Below, piece by piece: positions 1 through 8,069 of a stretch of DNA of 64,000 nt. The translations under genes and the position numbers were made by a program. This stretch comes from Hoyosella rhizosphaerae (GTDB lineage Bacteria > Actinomycetota > Actinomycetes > Mycobacteriales > Mycobacteriaceae). The notes beneath the pieces were generated by a model. That model saw nothing but the letters and a program-made list of their open reading frames with translations, was not told where the DNA came from and ran no database searches. Positions within the stretch are counted from its first letter, which is position 1. Every line of letters starts with the position of its first letter. The stretch is taken from NCBI RefSeq assembly GCF_014643175.1, contig NZ_BMJH01000001.1:1474209-1538208 (forward strand), in the 5' to 3' direction.

Positions 1-189
1 ATTCGCATGCTTCTCGTGCCGTCAGTTATGACGATGCTGGGTGACGACTGCTGGTGGGCGCCACGTTGGATGAAACGAATCCAGGAAAAGATCGGCTTGC
101 AAGAACACGAGCTAGTCGATGAATTGACGGCGGACACTGGCAACGCAACACCCACGATTGAGCCCGGCGAACTAGCCACCAAGGCCTAG
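1..189 (+). CDS. MMPL family transporter, C-terminal fragment (5' end outside window)
   Basis: C-terminal tail '...LGDDCWWAPRWMKRI...' resembles the conserved MmpL/RND C-terminus (NWW.PrWl.R). The frame is open from base 1 with the stop at 187-189. Confidence 0.55.
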   Translation: MRMLLVPSVMTMLGDDCWWAPRWMKRIQEKIGLQEHELVDELTADTGNATPTIEPGELATKA

Positions 190-202
190 CAGGGTTCGGC
201 TT

Positions 203-613
203 ATGTTTCGAGGTCAGGGCCCCACAATTGCGGCCGTAGCCGCAGGTGGGGCACTCGGCGCTCTAGCCCGGTATTCCATCACCATTATCGGCGGCGGCGC
301 AGGCAACGGTTTTCCGTGGCACCTTGTTGTGGTCAACACCGTGGGATGCTTTCTCATCGGGGTGCTCCTGGTGGTCGTCAACGAAGTTTTGACTGTTCAC
401 CCAATCGTGCGGCCTTTTATAGGTACTGGTGTGCTCGGCGGGTTCACCACGTTTTCGATGTTCGCGGAAGACACAGTCGAACTTGTTTCGGCCGGTAACG
501 TCCTCGCGGCGGGCGCCTACGTTGGGTTCACCCTTGTTGGGGCTTTCGGCGGGGTGTGGGCTGCTATGCAGATAACACGACTGCTCGCACCGAGGCGGGG
601 GTCAGCGTCATGA
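203..613 (+). CDS. crcB: Fluoride ion channel CrcB/Fluc, paralog 1
   Basis: 136-aa four-TM protein with CrcB motifs (GGALGALARY..., VNxxGCFLIG, GxLGGFTTFSxF). The 4-nt overlap (ATGA) with the next crcB paralog is typical of heterodimeric Fluc pairs in actinobacteria. Confidence 0.85.
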   Translation: MFRGQGPTIAAVAAGGALGALARYSITIIGGGAGNGFPWHLVVVNTVGCFLIGVLLVVVNEVLTVHPIVRPFIGTGVLGGFTTFSMFAEDTVELVSAGNVLAAGAYVGFTLVGAFGGVWAAMQITRLLAPRRGSAS

Positions 614-981
614 TGTGGGTGCTCGTTGCTGTCGGCGCCGCAGTCGGAGCGCCTCTCCGATACCTCACAGACCGCTGGGTAGGAATTCGCTTTCCATCGG
701 TATTTCCGTGGGGAACATTCGTCGTCAACATCACGGGCGCCGCCTTACTGGGGTTTGTCGTCGCCGCGGCAGCCGCAAACCAACACCTAGCGTCTGGGTT
801 TCTCTTACTCTTCGCCACAGGTGTATGTGGTGCATATACGACGTTTTCTACCTTCGCCTACGAGACGATGTTCCTAGCGGAATCGGGGTCACGTACGCTC
901 GCCGTGGCAAACGTGGTCGGTACTGTCTGCGCGGGTATTGCGGCGTTCGTTTTTGGGGCGAGCGCCTACTCGCTTTTTTAG
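610..981 (+). CDS. crcB: Fluoride ion channel CrcB/Fluc, paralog 2
   Basis: 'MMWVLVAVGAAVGAPLRYL...GTFVVNITGAALLGF...YTTFSTFAYE' shows the CrcB signature. The start was chosen at the in-frame ATG at 610 that overlaps the previous stop; the ORF track begins at 556. Confidence 0.8.
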   Translation: MMWVLVAVGAAVGAPLRYLTDRWVGIRFPSVFPWGTFVVNITGAALLGFVVAAAAANQHLASGFLLLFATGVCGAYTTFSTFAYETMFLAESGSRTLAVANVVGTVCAGIAAFVFGASAYSLF

Positions 982-995
982 GAGCCTGCGCTTCT

Positions 996-1607
996 TTAAG
1001 AGCCGAGCATCTTTTTCCAGGTATTGCGTAGTGAGTACTTCGCTTTGAGCGTGCCAAACCGTAGTTTTCCGCGCACAACAATGTGCAAGTGCCCTGGCGG
1101 AGGCCCGGTCTGCACCTTGGACGAGACACTGCTTGCGAAGGTTTCCACCCCGTTGAGGTCGACCGTTGTGTTTTCGTTGACTATGAGGGTGATGGAACTC
1201 ATCGTGTCGTCCACAGTTACGTACACCACAGGCCCGTCCACAATTGCATGCGTGAAGTCCAGTTTTGCAGAACTGCACAGGGTCTTCACGGTTACTTCTG
1301 TCGGCACATGCCACTGGCCCTTGCGGGTCAGGTCGCCGAACCGATCCTTCAGCACAAGCGGCGCTCCAGAAGTCCGCGCGGGCATACGCGCCTCGGAATA
1401 TCCCGGCGCCAACTCCGGATTCACCTGCATACCAGGAAGATCCGCGACGACTGCGTTGAGATCCCCCCGCGTGCGTGCGGCCATGGCCTGATCCATCCGG
1501 TCGCCGAACTCCGCAATCGAGATCAATCCAAGTCCCACTGCCCGCTGCAACAACTGGGCGATATGCTCGCGCTCCGCGTCAGAAACCCGCAAGTCTTTCT
1601 CGTCCAT
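996..1607 (-). CDS. DUF1707 domain protein (putative cell-envelope stress-response protein)
   Basis: The N-terminus 'RVSDAEREHIAQLLQRAVGLGLISIAEFGDRMDQAMAARTRGDL' matches the DUF1707 signature; 203 aa. Confidence 0.55.
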   Translation of the reverse strand: MDEKDLRVSDAEREHIAQLLQRAVGLGLISIAEFGDRMDQAMAARTRGDLNAVVADLPGMQVNPELAPGYSEARMPARTSGAPLVLKDRFGDLTRKGQWHVPTEVTVKTLCSSAKLDFTHAIVDGPVVYVTVDDTMSSITLIVNENTTVDLNGVETFASSVSSKVQTGPPPGHLHIVVRGKLRFGTLKAKYSLRNTWKKMLGS

Positions 1608-1710
1608 CGCTACCTCCGCGCAGGGGGAATCTGTTTCTCAGGAACCTCTCACTACCGTATCCGCCCACTACTGGTGTTGCAGCGGGGGATGTGGCAGTAC
1701 CGTAATAGCG

Positions 1711-3288
1711 GTGAAGCTCATTCCGGGATCATTGTCACGGACACTCAGCGTGCGCTGGGTGATGTATGCGCTTTCCATGATGGTCGCCAATGGCGCTGGC
1801 GCAGCGTTTGTGTTCAGCTTCATACGCTACGTGCTGCCCACAACTCCGGGCCCGGGGTTGATTGTGGAAAGCAAAGTCAGCGAACTTGCCTTGGCCGTGT
1901 ACCTCGGCTTTTCCGGTGTCGTCATCCTCGGAACTTCCATCGTCATTTTGCGGTACCTGCTGCGCTGGTACGTGCGTGGCGGCCCACCAACCAAGCGCGA
2001 ACAATTTGTTGCGATGCGTGGCCCCCTACTCCAGGCGTTTGTGCACCTGCTTTTGTGGGCAGTGGGCGGCGTTCTGTTTGTTGTGCTCGTGGGGCGAGAA
2101 ATGCCCGAACTTGTCGCGGCTACGTTCGTCACGGTCTTCCTCGCCGCAGTAGTCGTGTTCGGCCTGTCCTACCTCGTGGGCGAACAGGCCATGCGCCCAA
2201 TTGCTGCCAAAGCCCTTGCACTCGGTGTTTTCGACCGGCGCTTTGCACCGAGTGTACGACTACGTATGTCGCTCGGATGGGTTACTGGCACCCTTGTTCC
2301 CGCAGTGGGCATCACGTTTTTGAGTGCCACACAGCTGTCGACCCCTCACATGTATGCGCCCAGGTCGTTTGCTTGGGCCGTACTGATCGTTTCGGTAGTG
2401 ATGATGATGGCGGCTCTGCTCACCACCATGCTGCTCGCGGGCCAGGTCTCCACACCACTGCGAGAACTAACCAAGTCAGTCACCGACGCTCACCAAGGTG
2501 ATGACGTGCAAGTCGATGTATATGACGGCAGTGAGGTTGGCCTTCTGCAGGTCGGTTTCAACCGAATGATGGCCGACTCCGCGGAACGCCGGGTCCTCCG
2601 CCAACTTTTCGGCCAGCACGTCGGTGAGGACGTTGCTCGCCAGGCGCTGCAATTCGGTACCGAACTCGGCGGTGAAACACGATTTGTGGCTGTGCTGTTT
2701 GTTGACCTCGTTGGTTCAACTAAGGCAGCGTCAACGATGCAGCCAGCCGAAGTGGTGGCCATGCTCAACCAGTTCTTCAACATTGTGATTGGCGTTGTGA
2801 AACGGCACGGCGGGTTCGTCAATAAGTTCGTGGGCGACGAAGCCCTCGCTGTTTTTGGTGCGCCCCTATATCGCGCAGATGCGCCCACAGCGGCTTTGTC
2901 AGCGGCACGTGAATTGCGTGCGGAGCTCGATTCCATGCCTGGCGTCCGGGTGGGAATTGGGGTGTCATCAGGGACCGTGGTGGCTGGAAACATTGGGTCA
3001 GCGGAGCGATTCGAATACACGGTAATTGGGGATCCAGTTAACGAAGCGGCCCGCCTCACTGAACTGGCAAAAAAGCGTCCAGGCAATGTTCTGGCTTCGA
3101 GTTTCACTGTGTACTACGCCAGCGAAGAAGAACAAGAGCAGTGGGAACTTGGTGAGTTGGTCGGTTTGCGCGGACGCACTCGCCTAACCCAATTGGCCTG
3201 GCCTAGAAATTCACAGTTTGGTCCTGGTCATGATGAATTTGATGGGCCGATGGACAGTTCTTCTTTCAGTGACGCACAGATGCGATAA
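1711..3288 (+). CDS. Membrane-anchored adenylate/guanylate cyclase with HAMP domain (class III)
   Basis: TM segments are followed by a HAMP-like linker and a CYC domain (FVDLVGSTK..., FVGDEALAVFGAP, EYTVIGDPVNEAARL). GTG start at 1711; alternative ATG at 1762. Paralogous to the ORFs at 4573 and 6099. Confidence 0.85.
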   Translation: MKLIPGSLSRTLSVRWVMYALSMMVANGAGAAFVFSFIRYVLPTTPGPGLIVESKVSELALAVYLGFSGVVILGTSIVILRYLLRWYVRGGPPTKREQFVAMRGPLLQAFVHLLLWAVGGVLFVVLVGREMPELVAATFVTVFLAAVVVFGLSYLVGEQAMRPIAAKALALGVFDRRFAPSVRLRMSLGWVTGTLVPAVGITFLSATQLSTPHMYAPRSFAWAVLIVSVVMMMAALLTTMLLAGQVSTPLRELTKSVTDAHQGDDVQVDVYDGSEVGLLQVGFNRMMADSAERRVLRQLFGQHVGEDVARQALQFGTELGGETRFVAVLFVDLVGSTKAASTMQPAEVVAMLNQFFNIVIGVVKRHGGFVNKFVGDEALAVFGAPLYRADAPTAALSAARELRAELDSMPGVRVGIGVSSGTVVAGNIGSAERFEYTVIGDPVNEAARLTELAKKRPGNVLASSFTVYYASEEEQEQWELGELVGLRGRTRLTQLAWPRNSQFGPGHDEFDGPMDSSSFSDAQMR

Positions 3289-3396
3289 CAAACTGTCACC
3301 GTTACCCCAAACCGTACGTTTACTCGATACTCTGGCGACGTGACACCGTCCGCACCTGACTCCTCCGGGTCTCCACTACCCGGTTCAGGTGAAACT

Positions 3397-4548
3397 ATGC
3401 ACACCGAATCGGACAAAAGTGCGAAAAAGGAAAAGCGGGCCGGGCGGATAAAATGGCTGAGGATTGCCGGAGTTACCGTACTTGTCACTGCTCTCATCGT
3501 CCAAGGCGTAGTCCTGTGGCCAACATTTAGCGATTCTTTCCGTGCGTTGAGGGAACTCCATATCGGTTGGTTCGCCGCGTGTGTAGCCGCAATGGCAGTG
3601 TCAATGTCCGGCTTTGGCGGCGTGCAGCGCACACTTCTTCGTGCCGGAAATGTGGCGGTGTCGCAAAGACGCTCTGAAGCCGTGATTTATTCAGCGACAT
3701 CCATGACGTTGACCCTTCCCGCCGGTCAGGTTTTCTCGGCGGCTTTCACGTACCGCCAGACGCGCCGATGGGGCGCAACTCATGTCGTGGCGTCCTGGCA
3801 GCTAGCTATGGCCGGTGTGATCGCCACAGCAACATTGGCAGTCGTGGGTGCTGTAGGTGCGCTAGCGGTGGGAACAACAATCAGCCCCGTCACTCTTGCG
3901 GTGTCGTTCGGTGGGATCTTCGCGATCGTATTGACCGCACGCTTCATCCAAAAACACCCGTCACGGTTGGAAGCGATCAGCCGACGAGGCCTGATAGTTG
4001 TGAATCGGTTGCGTCGCCGTCCCCGCAGCCAAGGCGTTCACCGCATTCGATCAGTCCTTGACCAGATCGAAGCTGTGCGCATGAACAAATGGGATGCGCT
4101 GAGGACTTTCTGGTGGTCCATCGTGCACCGCAGCGCCGACGTTGCATGCATGGGATTCGCGTGCCTGGCGGTCGGTGCCGAACCTCGAATATCCGGTGTC
4201 ATCATCGCTTTCGCGGCAAGTAAGGCTGTCGGTTCGGTGCCGCTCGCTCCGGGCGGGCTCGGCACAGTGGATGCCACCCTCTTTGCAACGCTCACCATTT
4301 CAGCCGGATTACCTGCCTCGCAGGCGCTTGCAACAGTGTTTGTGTACCGACTTGTCAGTCTCGTCCTCGTCAATATCGTAGGGTGGATTGTGTTCTTCTT
4401 TCTTTTCCGTGCTGATCAGGCTGAAGATGCACAACTGGATCACGACTTTGCTGAACAAGCCGTGCAGAAGGCGGACGAAACCATTGCCGATACACCATTG
4501 TCGTGTGACGGCACTGATCCGAAGCGAAACGATGAAGATCGGTCCTAG
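3397..4548 (+). CDS. Lysylphosphatidylglycerol-synthase-TM-region-like (UPF0104/YbhN family) membrane protein
   Basis: Polytopic membrane protein of the flippase-like UPF0104 type. The ORF track starts at 3340 (GTG); I prefer the ATG at 3397, preceded by AGGTGA 5 nt upstream. Confidence 0.55.
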   Translation: MHTESDKSAKKEKRAGRIKWLRIAGVTVLVTALIVQGVVLWPTFSDSFRALRELHIGWFAACVAAMAVSMSGFGGVQRTLLRAGNVAVSQRRSEAVIYSATSMTLTLPAGQVFSAAFTYRQTRRWGATHVVASWQLAMAGVIATATLAVVGAVGALAVGTTISPVTLAVSFGGIFAIVLTARFIQKHPSRLEAISRRGLIVVNRLRRRPRSQGVHRIRSVLDQIEAVRMNKWDALRTFWWSIVHRSADVACMGFACLAVGAEPRISGVIIAFAASKAVGSVPLAPGGLGTVDATLFATLTISAGLPASQALATVFVYRLVSLVLVNIVGWIVFFFLFRADQAEDAQLDHDFAEQAVQKADETIADTPLSCDGTDPKRNDEDRS

Positions 4549-4572
4549 CCCGGTGAGGAGTGCACCGCTGAG

Positions 4573-6102
4573 ATGAACCGCTGGGATGTGCTACGCCAGC
4601 TCGCGCACCCTATTGTGCTGACCTATATCTTCAGCGTCCTCCTCGTAACCATGATTTCGGCCATGACGGCGCTAGTTCTCATCGGCATGGTCCTTCCGAT
4701 TCCAGTGCTTGACGACGCCCAACGGATTTGGGAGACAAACGTCGGCTGGGTTTTCATAGGGCTGCCGCTCATCACATTCATCGCTCCCCTGGTTCATTTG
4801 AAGATGAGTTGGCCCAACCTTCAGTGGTTGGCCCGCGGAGGACTACCACGCCCCTACGAAGCGAAGGTGGCGCTGGGGCAAACCACTAGGCAGGTTTACA
4901 TCGAGGTGTCCGCGTGGTTTGTCGCACTCGTGGGATTCGTCATCATCAACCTTCATGTGGGATCTGTAGAGCTCATCATTCTCATCATCATCGTGACAAG
5001 CCTTACTGGCGCGGTGTCGGTTGCGTTGAACTACCTCATCGGTGAGCGGATGCTGCGGCCGCTCACCGCAGTCGCCATGTCAGTGGAAATTCCTGAGGGA
5101 AGATTCGCGCCAGGCATCGGACCTCGCGTAGTGCTCATTTGGGGGTTGACCACAGCGATCCCAACAGCGGGCATAGTCATCGTTTCTGTCTCGCAGATGA
5201 TCACCGGTGACGGGCAAGTTAACCCAGAATTGAACTCCGCCGTTCTTGTTCAATGCTTCATTGCGGTAAGCATTGGGATGATTGGCATTGTGGCCGTGTC
5301 CCGGTCCATTTCGGATCCGCTGCAGCAAGTCAGCAGCGCCATGTCTCGTGTCGAGGCAGGCGACCTCGCGACGCGCGTTTCGGTATATGACGGATCCGAG
5401 ATCGGTGAATTGCAGGCCGGATTTAACCGAATGGTGCAAGGCCTATCGGAGCGGGAACGCCTCGCCGACCTGTTCTCCAAGCACGTAGGTGAGGCCGTGG
5501 CTCGGGCGGCAATTGAAGACGGAAACAGTCGAGGTGGCGCGCTCCGCGAAGTGACGGTGTTGGTTATCGACCTAGTTGGATCCACGGCACTGGCAACAAC
5601 GGAGGAGCCTGAAGTGGTCGTGGCGTCACTGAATGAGTTCTTTGAGCAAGTAGTGGACAGGGTTGCTACTCACGGAGGTTTCGTCAGCAAATTTGAAGGC
5701 GACGCCGCGATTGCGGTTTTCGGGGCGCCCCTCGAAATCGACCTCCCCCAGGCCCACGCGCTGGCGTGTGCACGGGACCTTAAAACCGCTCTAACAAGCA
5801 GTATTCCGTTGGATTTTGGGATCGGGGTGGCAACCGGAACTGCATTGGCTGGAAATATTGGCGCGACAAGGCGATTCGAGTACACAGTCCTCGGCGCGCC
5901 CGTTCTCATGGCGTCAGAATTGTCCGATGTGGCGAAAAAGCATGGTAGTCGAGTGTTGGCGAACGCAGATACTGTCCACGCTTCGGGCGATGAAGCTGCG
6001 CAATGGCGCATATTCGCAGTCGGCGAGAAACAACTCGCCGAGCCACTGAACACGACAAGCTCCGCTACCACGTCCACCAGCGACCTCGAGGACGCACAAT
6101 GA
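4573..6102 (+). CDS. Membrane-anchored HAMP adenylate cyclase (paralog 2)
   Basis: Same architecture as 1711..3288 (VIDLVGSTAL, FEGDAAIAVFGAP, EYTVLGAPV). ATG start at 4573. Confidence 0.85.
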   Translation: MNRWDVLRQLAHPIVLTYIFSVLLVTMISAMTALVLIGMVLPIPVLDDAQRIWETNVGWVFIGLPLITFIAPLVHLKMSWPNLQWLARGGLPRPYEAKVALGQTTRQVYIEVSAWFVALVGFVIINLHVGSVELIILIIIVTSLTGAVSVALNYLIGERMLRPLTAVAMSVEIPEGRFAPGIGPRVVLIWGLTTAIPTAGIVIVSVSQMITGDGQVNPELNSAVLVQCFIAVSIGMIGIVAVSRSISDPLQQVSSAMSRVEAGDLATRVSVYDGSEIGELQAGFNRMVQGLSERERLADLFSKHVGEAVARAAIEDGNSRGGALREVTVLVIDLVGSTALATTEEPEVVVASLNEFFEQVVDRVATHGGFVSKFEGDAAIAVFGAPLEIDLPQAHALACARDLKTALTSSIPLDFGIGVATGTALAGNIGATRRFEYTVLGAPVLMASELSDVAKKHGSRVLANADTVHASGDEAAQWRIFAVGEKQLAEPLNTTSSATTSTSDLEDAQ

Positions 6103-7646
6103 CGATGGACACCCAACCGCCACAACACAGACTTGTAATTCAGCAGTGGATTCTCATCCTCAACCAGATATTCAAACCGCTGACCCTTGCTTACGGTGCG
6201 GCACTCGTCTTCGTGAACGTAATAGGAATCGTGGGAAGTTTCATACTTCTGCGCTACGTGATTCCGCAGCCAGCCAACGCTGTCATATCGCCTGAGATTC
6301 GCGCCTCGAATACCATGCTTATCTCCACGATGGTTCCTCTTGCAGTCCTCGTAGGGATCACCGTCTCATTATGGTACGCACGTCCCATCCTTTTGTGGAT
6401 GGTAGAAGGCGGAGTTCCGAATCCCCGGCAGTACGCCATCATCGTGAGCGCACCCGCTAGACAAACCGCAGTTATTGGCCTTCTTTGGGTAGCAATAGCA
6501 TTGGTGTTTGGTGTCAGCGTCTTACGCACAGGAAGTCCCCAGTTCACCGCGATGGTGGTGGCCACTTTCCTTTCCAACGCCATCATCTTTTGCGCACTGA
6601 GCTATTTCATCGCCGAACGCATCCTGAGGCGAACCATCGCCGAGGCTATGAGCGGCCGCAGCGTGGATACCCGCACTGCCACCACCGTCACGCTGCGCCT
6701 CATGATGATGTGGCTTGTCACCGCCGCGATCCCCTTGGTCTGGATCGCGCTTGTTGTGTCGTTCCGATTCTTGTCATCGTTCTTTCCTGACACCGAACAA
6801 ACGGCAAGCGCCGTAGCGATTCTTGGCATCTTCACGATAGTCGTCGGCTTTGTCGGTATGACCGTGGTCGCGAGATCGATTGCAGACCCGGTAAAGCAGG
6901 TGAGTTCCGCGATGGCCGAGGTTGAATCTGGTGATTACAGCCGAGCCGTTCCGGTCTACGACGGTTCTGAAATTGGGCGTCTGCAGTACGGCTTCAATCA
7001 AATGGTCACGGGTCTCGCTGAGCGCGAAAGGTTGAGCTCACTGTTCGGTGCGAGAGTCGGCAAGGACGTGGTGCAAGAGGTTCTCGAACGTGGTGGTTCA
7101 CTAGGCGGGGAATCTAAAGAAGTTGCCGTCATGTTCGTCGACCTCGTAGGTTCGACGAAACTAATCGAGACGTGGCCTCCATACCGAGTCGTGGCGATGC
7201 TTAACGAGTTCTTCGAGGTAGTCGTTGACACAGTGCATGCTCACGATGGGATGGTGAACAAGTTCACCGGCGACGCAGCGCTAGCAGTGTTTGGTGCCCC
7301 CGTTCCTCTCAAGAACTCGGCCACCGCGGCGCTGAGCGCTGCCAGGGAACTTCGATCCCGAATACCAGCCACCACGAAACTCAACTTCGGCATTGGGGTT
7401 TCGATTGGCCAGGCTGTGGCCGGCAATGTTGGTGCACGGGAACGGCTTGAGTACACGGTCATCGGAGATCCAGTCAACGAGGCCGCCCGACTCACTGATC
7501 TAGCAAAGTCGTGGACCGGCCGGGTACTGGCAAACTATGACCTCGTCCAACAAGCAGACCCAGCAGAAGCAGGGAGGTGGCAACCAGCGTCATCTGTCAC
7601 TTTGCGCGGACGGCCAACTCCCACAATCCTAGCGGTACCGCGATAA
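6099..7646 (+). CDS. Membrane-anchored HAMP adenylate cyclase (paralog 3)
   Basis: CYC motifs FVDLVGSTKL, FTGDAALAVFGAP, EYTVIGDPVNEAARL. Start chosen at ATG 6099 (ATGA overlap with the upstream stop); the ORF track starts at 6003 inside the previous gene. Confidence 0.8.
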   Translation: MTMDTQPPQHRLVIQQWILILNQIFKPLTLAYGAALVFVNVIGIVGSFILLRYVIPQPANAVISPEIRASNTMLISTMVPLAVLVGITVSLWYARPILLWMVEGGVPNPRQYAIIVSAPARQTAVIGLLWVAIALVFGVSVLRTGSPQFTAMVVATFLSNAIIFCALSYFIAERILRRTIAEAMSGRSVDTRTATTVTLRLMMMWLVTAAIPLVWIALVVSFRFLSSFFPDTEQTASAVAILGIFTIVVGFVGMTVVARSIADPVKQVSSAMAEVESGDYSRAVPVYDGSEIGRLQYGFNQMVTGLAERERLSSLFGARVGKDVVQEVLERGGSLGGESKEVAVMFVDLVGSTKLIETWPPYRVVAMLNEFFEVVVDTVHAHDGMVNKFTGDAALAVFGAPVPLKNSATAALSAARELRSRIPATTKLNFGIGVSIGQAVAGNVGARERLEYTVIGDPVNEAARLTDLAKSWTGRVLANYDLVQQADPAEAGRWQPASSVTLRGRPTPTILAVPR

Positions 7647-7663
7647 GGCGCTACTGTGGAGAG

Positions 7664-8053
7664 GTGAATTCTCCACGGGCCGTTACTCTTGCTGTCGTTA
7701 TTGATGTCATCGCTGTAGTCGCATTCGCCATCGCGGGACGAATGCACCACAACGAAGCAGCGACCGTGTTTGGCGTCGCTGAAACCGCTTGGCCGTTCCT
7801 TATCGGGCTTGCGGCCGGTTGGATTACCGTGCTGAAGGCTCTGCAAGTGAGCAATGTTTTTGCCATCGTCCCTGCTGGCATCGCCGTGTGGGCGTGGACC
7901 ATGATCGGCGGAGTCGTGATCCGATTCCTCACTGAGGCCGGAACCGCGTGGGCCTTCATTCTTACGGCAACCCTCATCACCGGCGTACTTCTCCTTGGGT
8001 GGCGACTCGTTGCGCTGCTTATTTTGCGCCTACGCACGCCGCGCAGCGTCTAG
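7664..8053 (+). CDS. DUF3054-like small membrane protein
   Basis: About 130 aa with 4 TM helices ('VTLAVVIDVIAVVAFAIAGRMHHNE...'). GTG at 7664 is preceded by GGAGAG; the ORF track's longer frame (7577) overlaps the cyclase gene end. Confidence 0.45.
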   Translation: MNSPRAVTLAVVIDVIAVVAFAIAGRMHHNEAATVFGVAETAWPFLIGLAAGWITVLKALQVSNVFAIVPAGIAVWAWTMIGGVVIRFLTEAGTAWAFILTATLITGVLLLGWRLVALLILRLRTPRSV

Positions 8054-8069
8054 TACCTGCGTCAAGGCC

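Noticed and set aside
189-203. Possible fluoride riboswitch upstream of crcB
   Set aside because: Only 13 nt separate the mmpL stop and the crcB start, so no room for a ~70-nt aptamer exists.
1083-2501. 472-aa ORF on the + strand spanning the DUF1707 gene (antisense) and the start of the first adenylyl cyclase
   Set aside because: Its composition is Arg/His/Cys-rich and it has no motifs. It runs antisense or out of frame to two well-supported genes. This is a typical high-GC spurious ORF.
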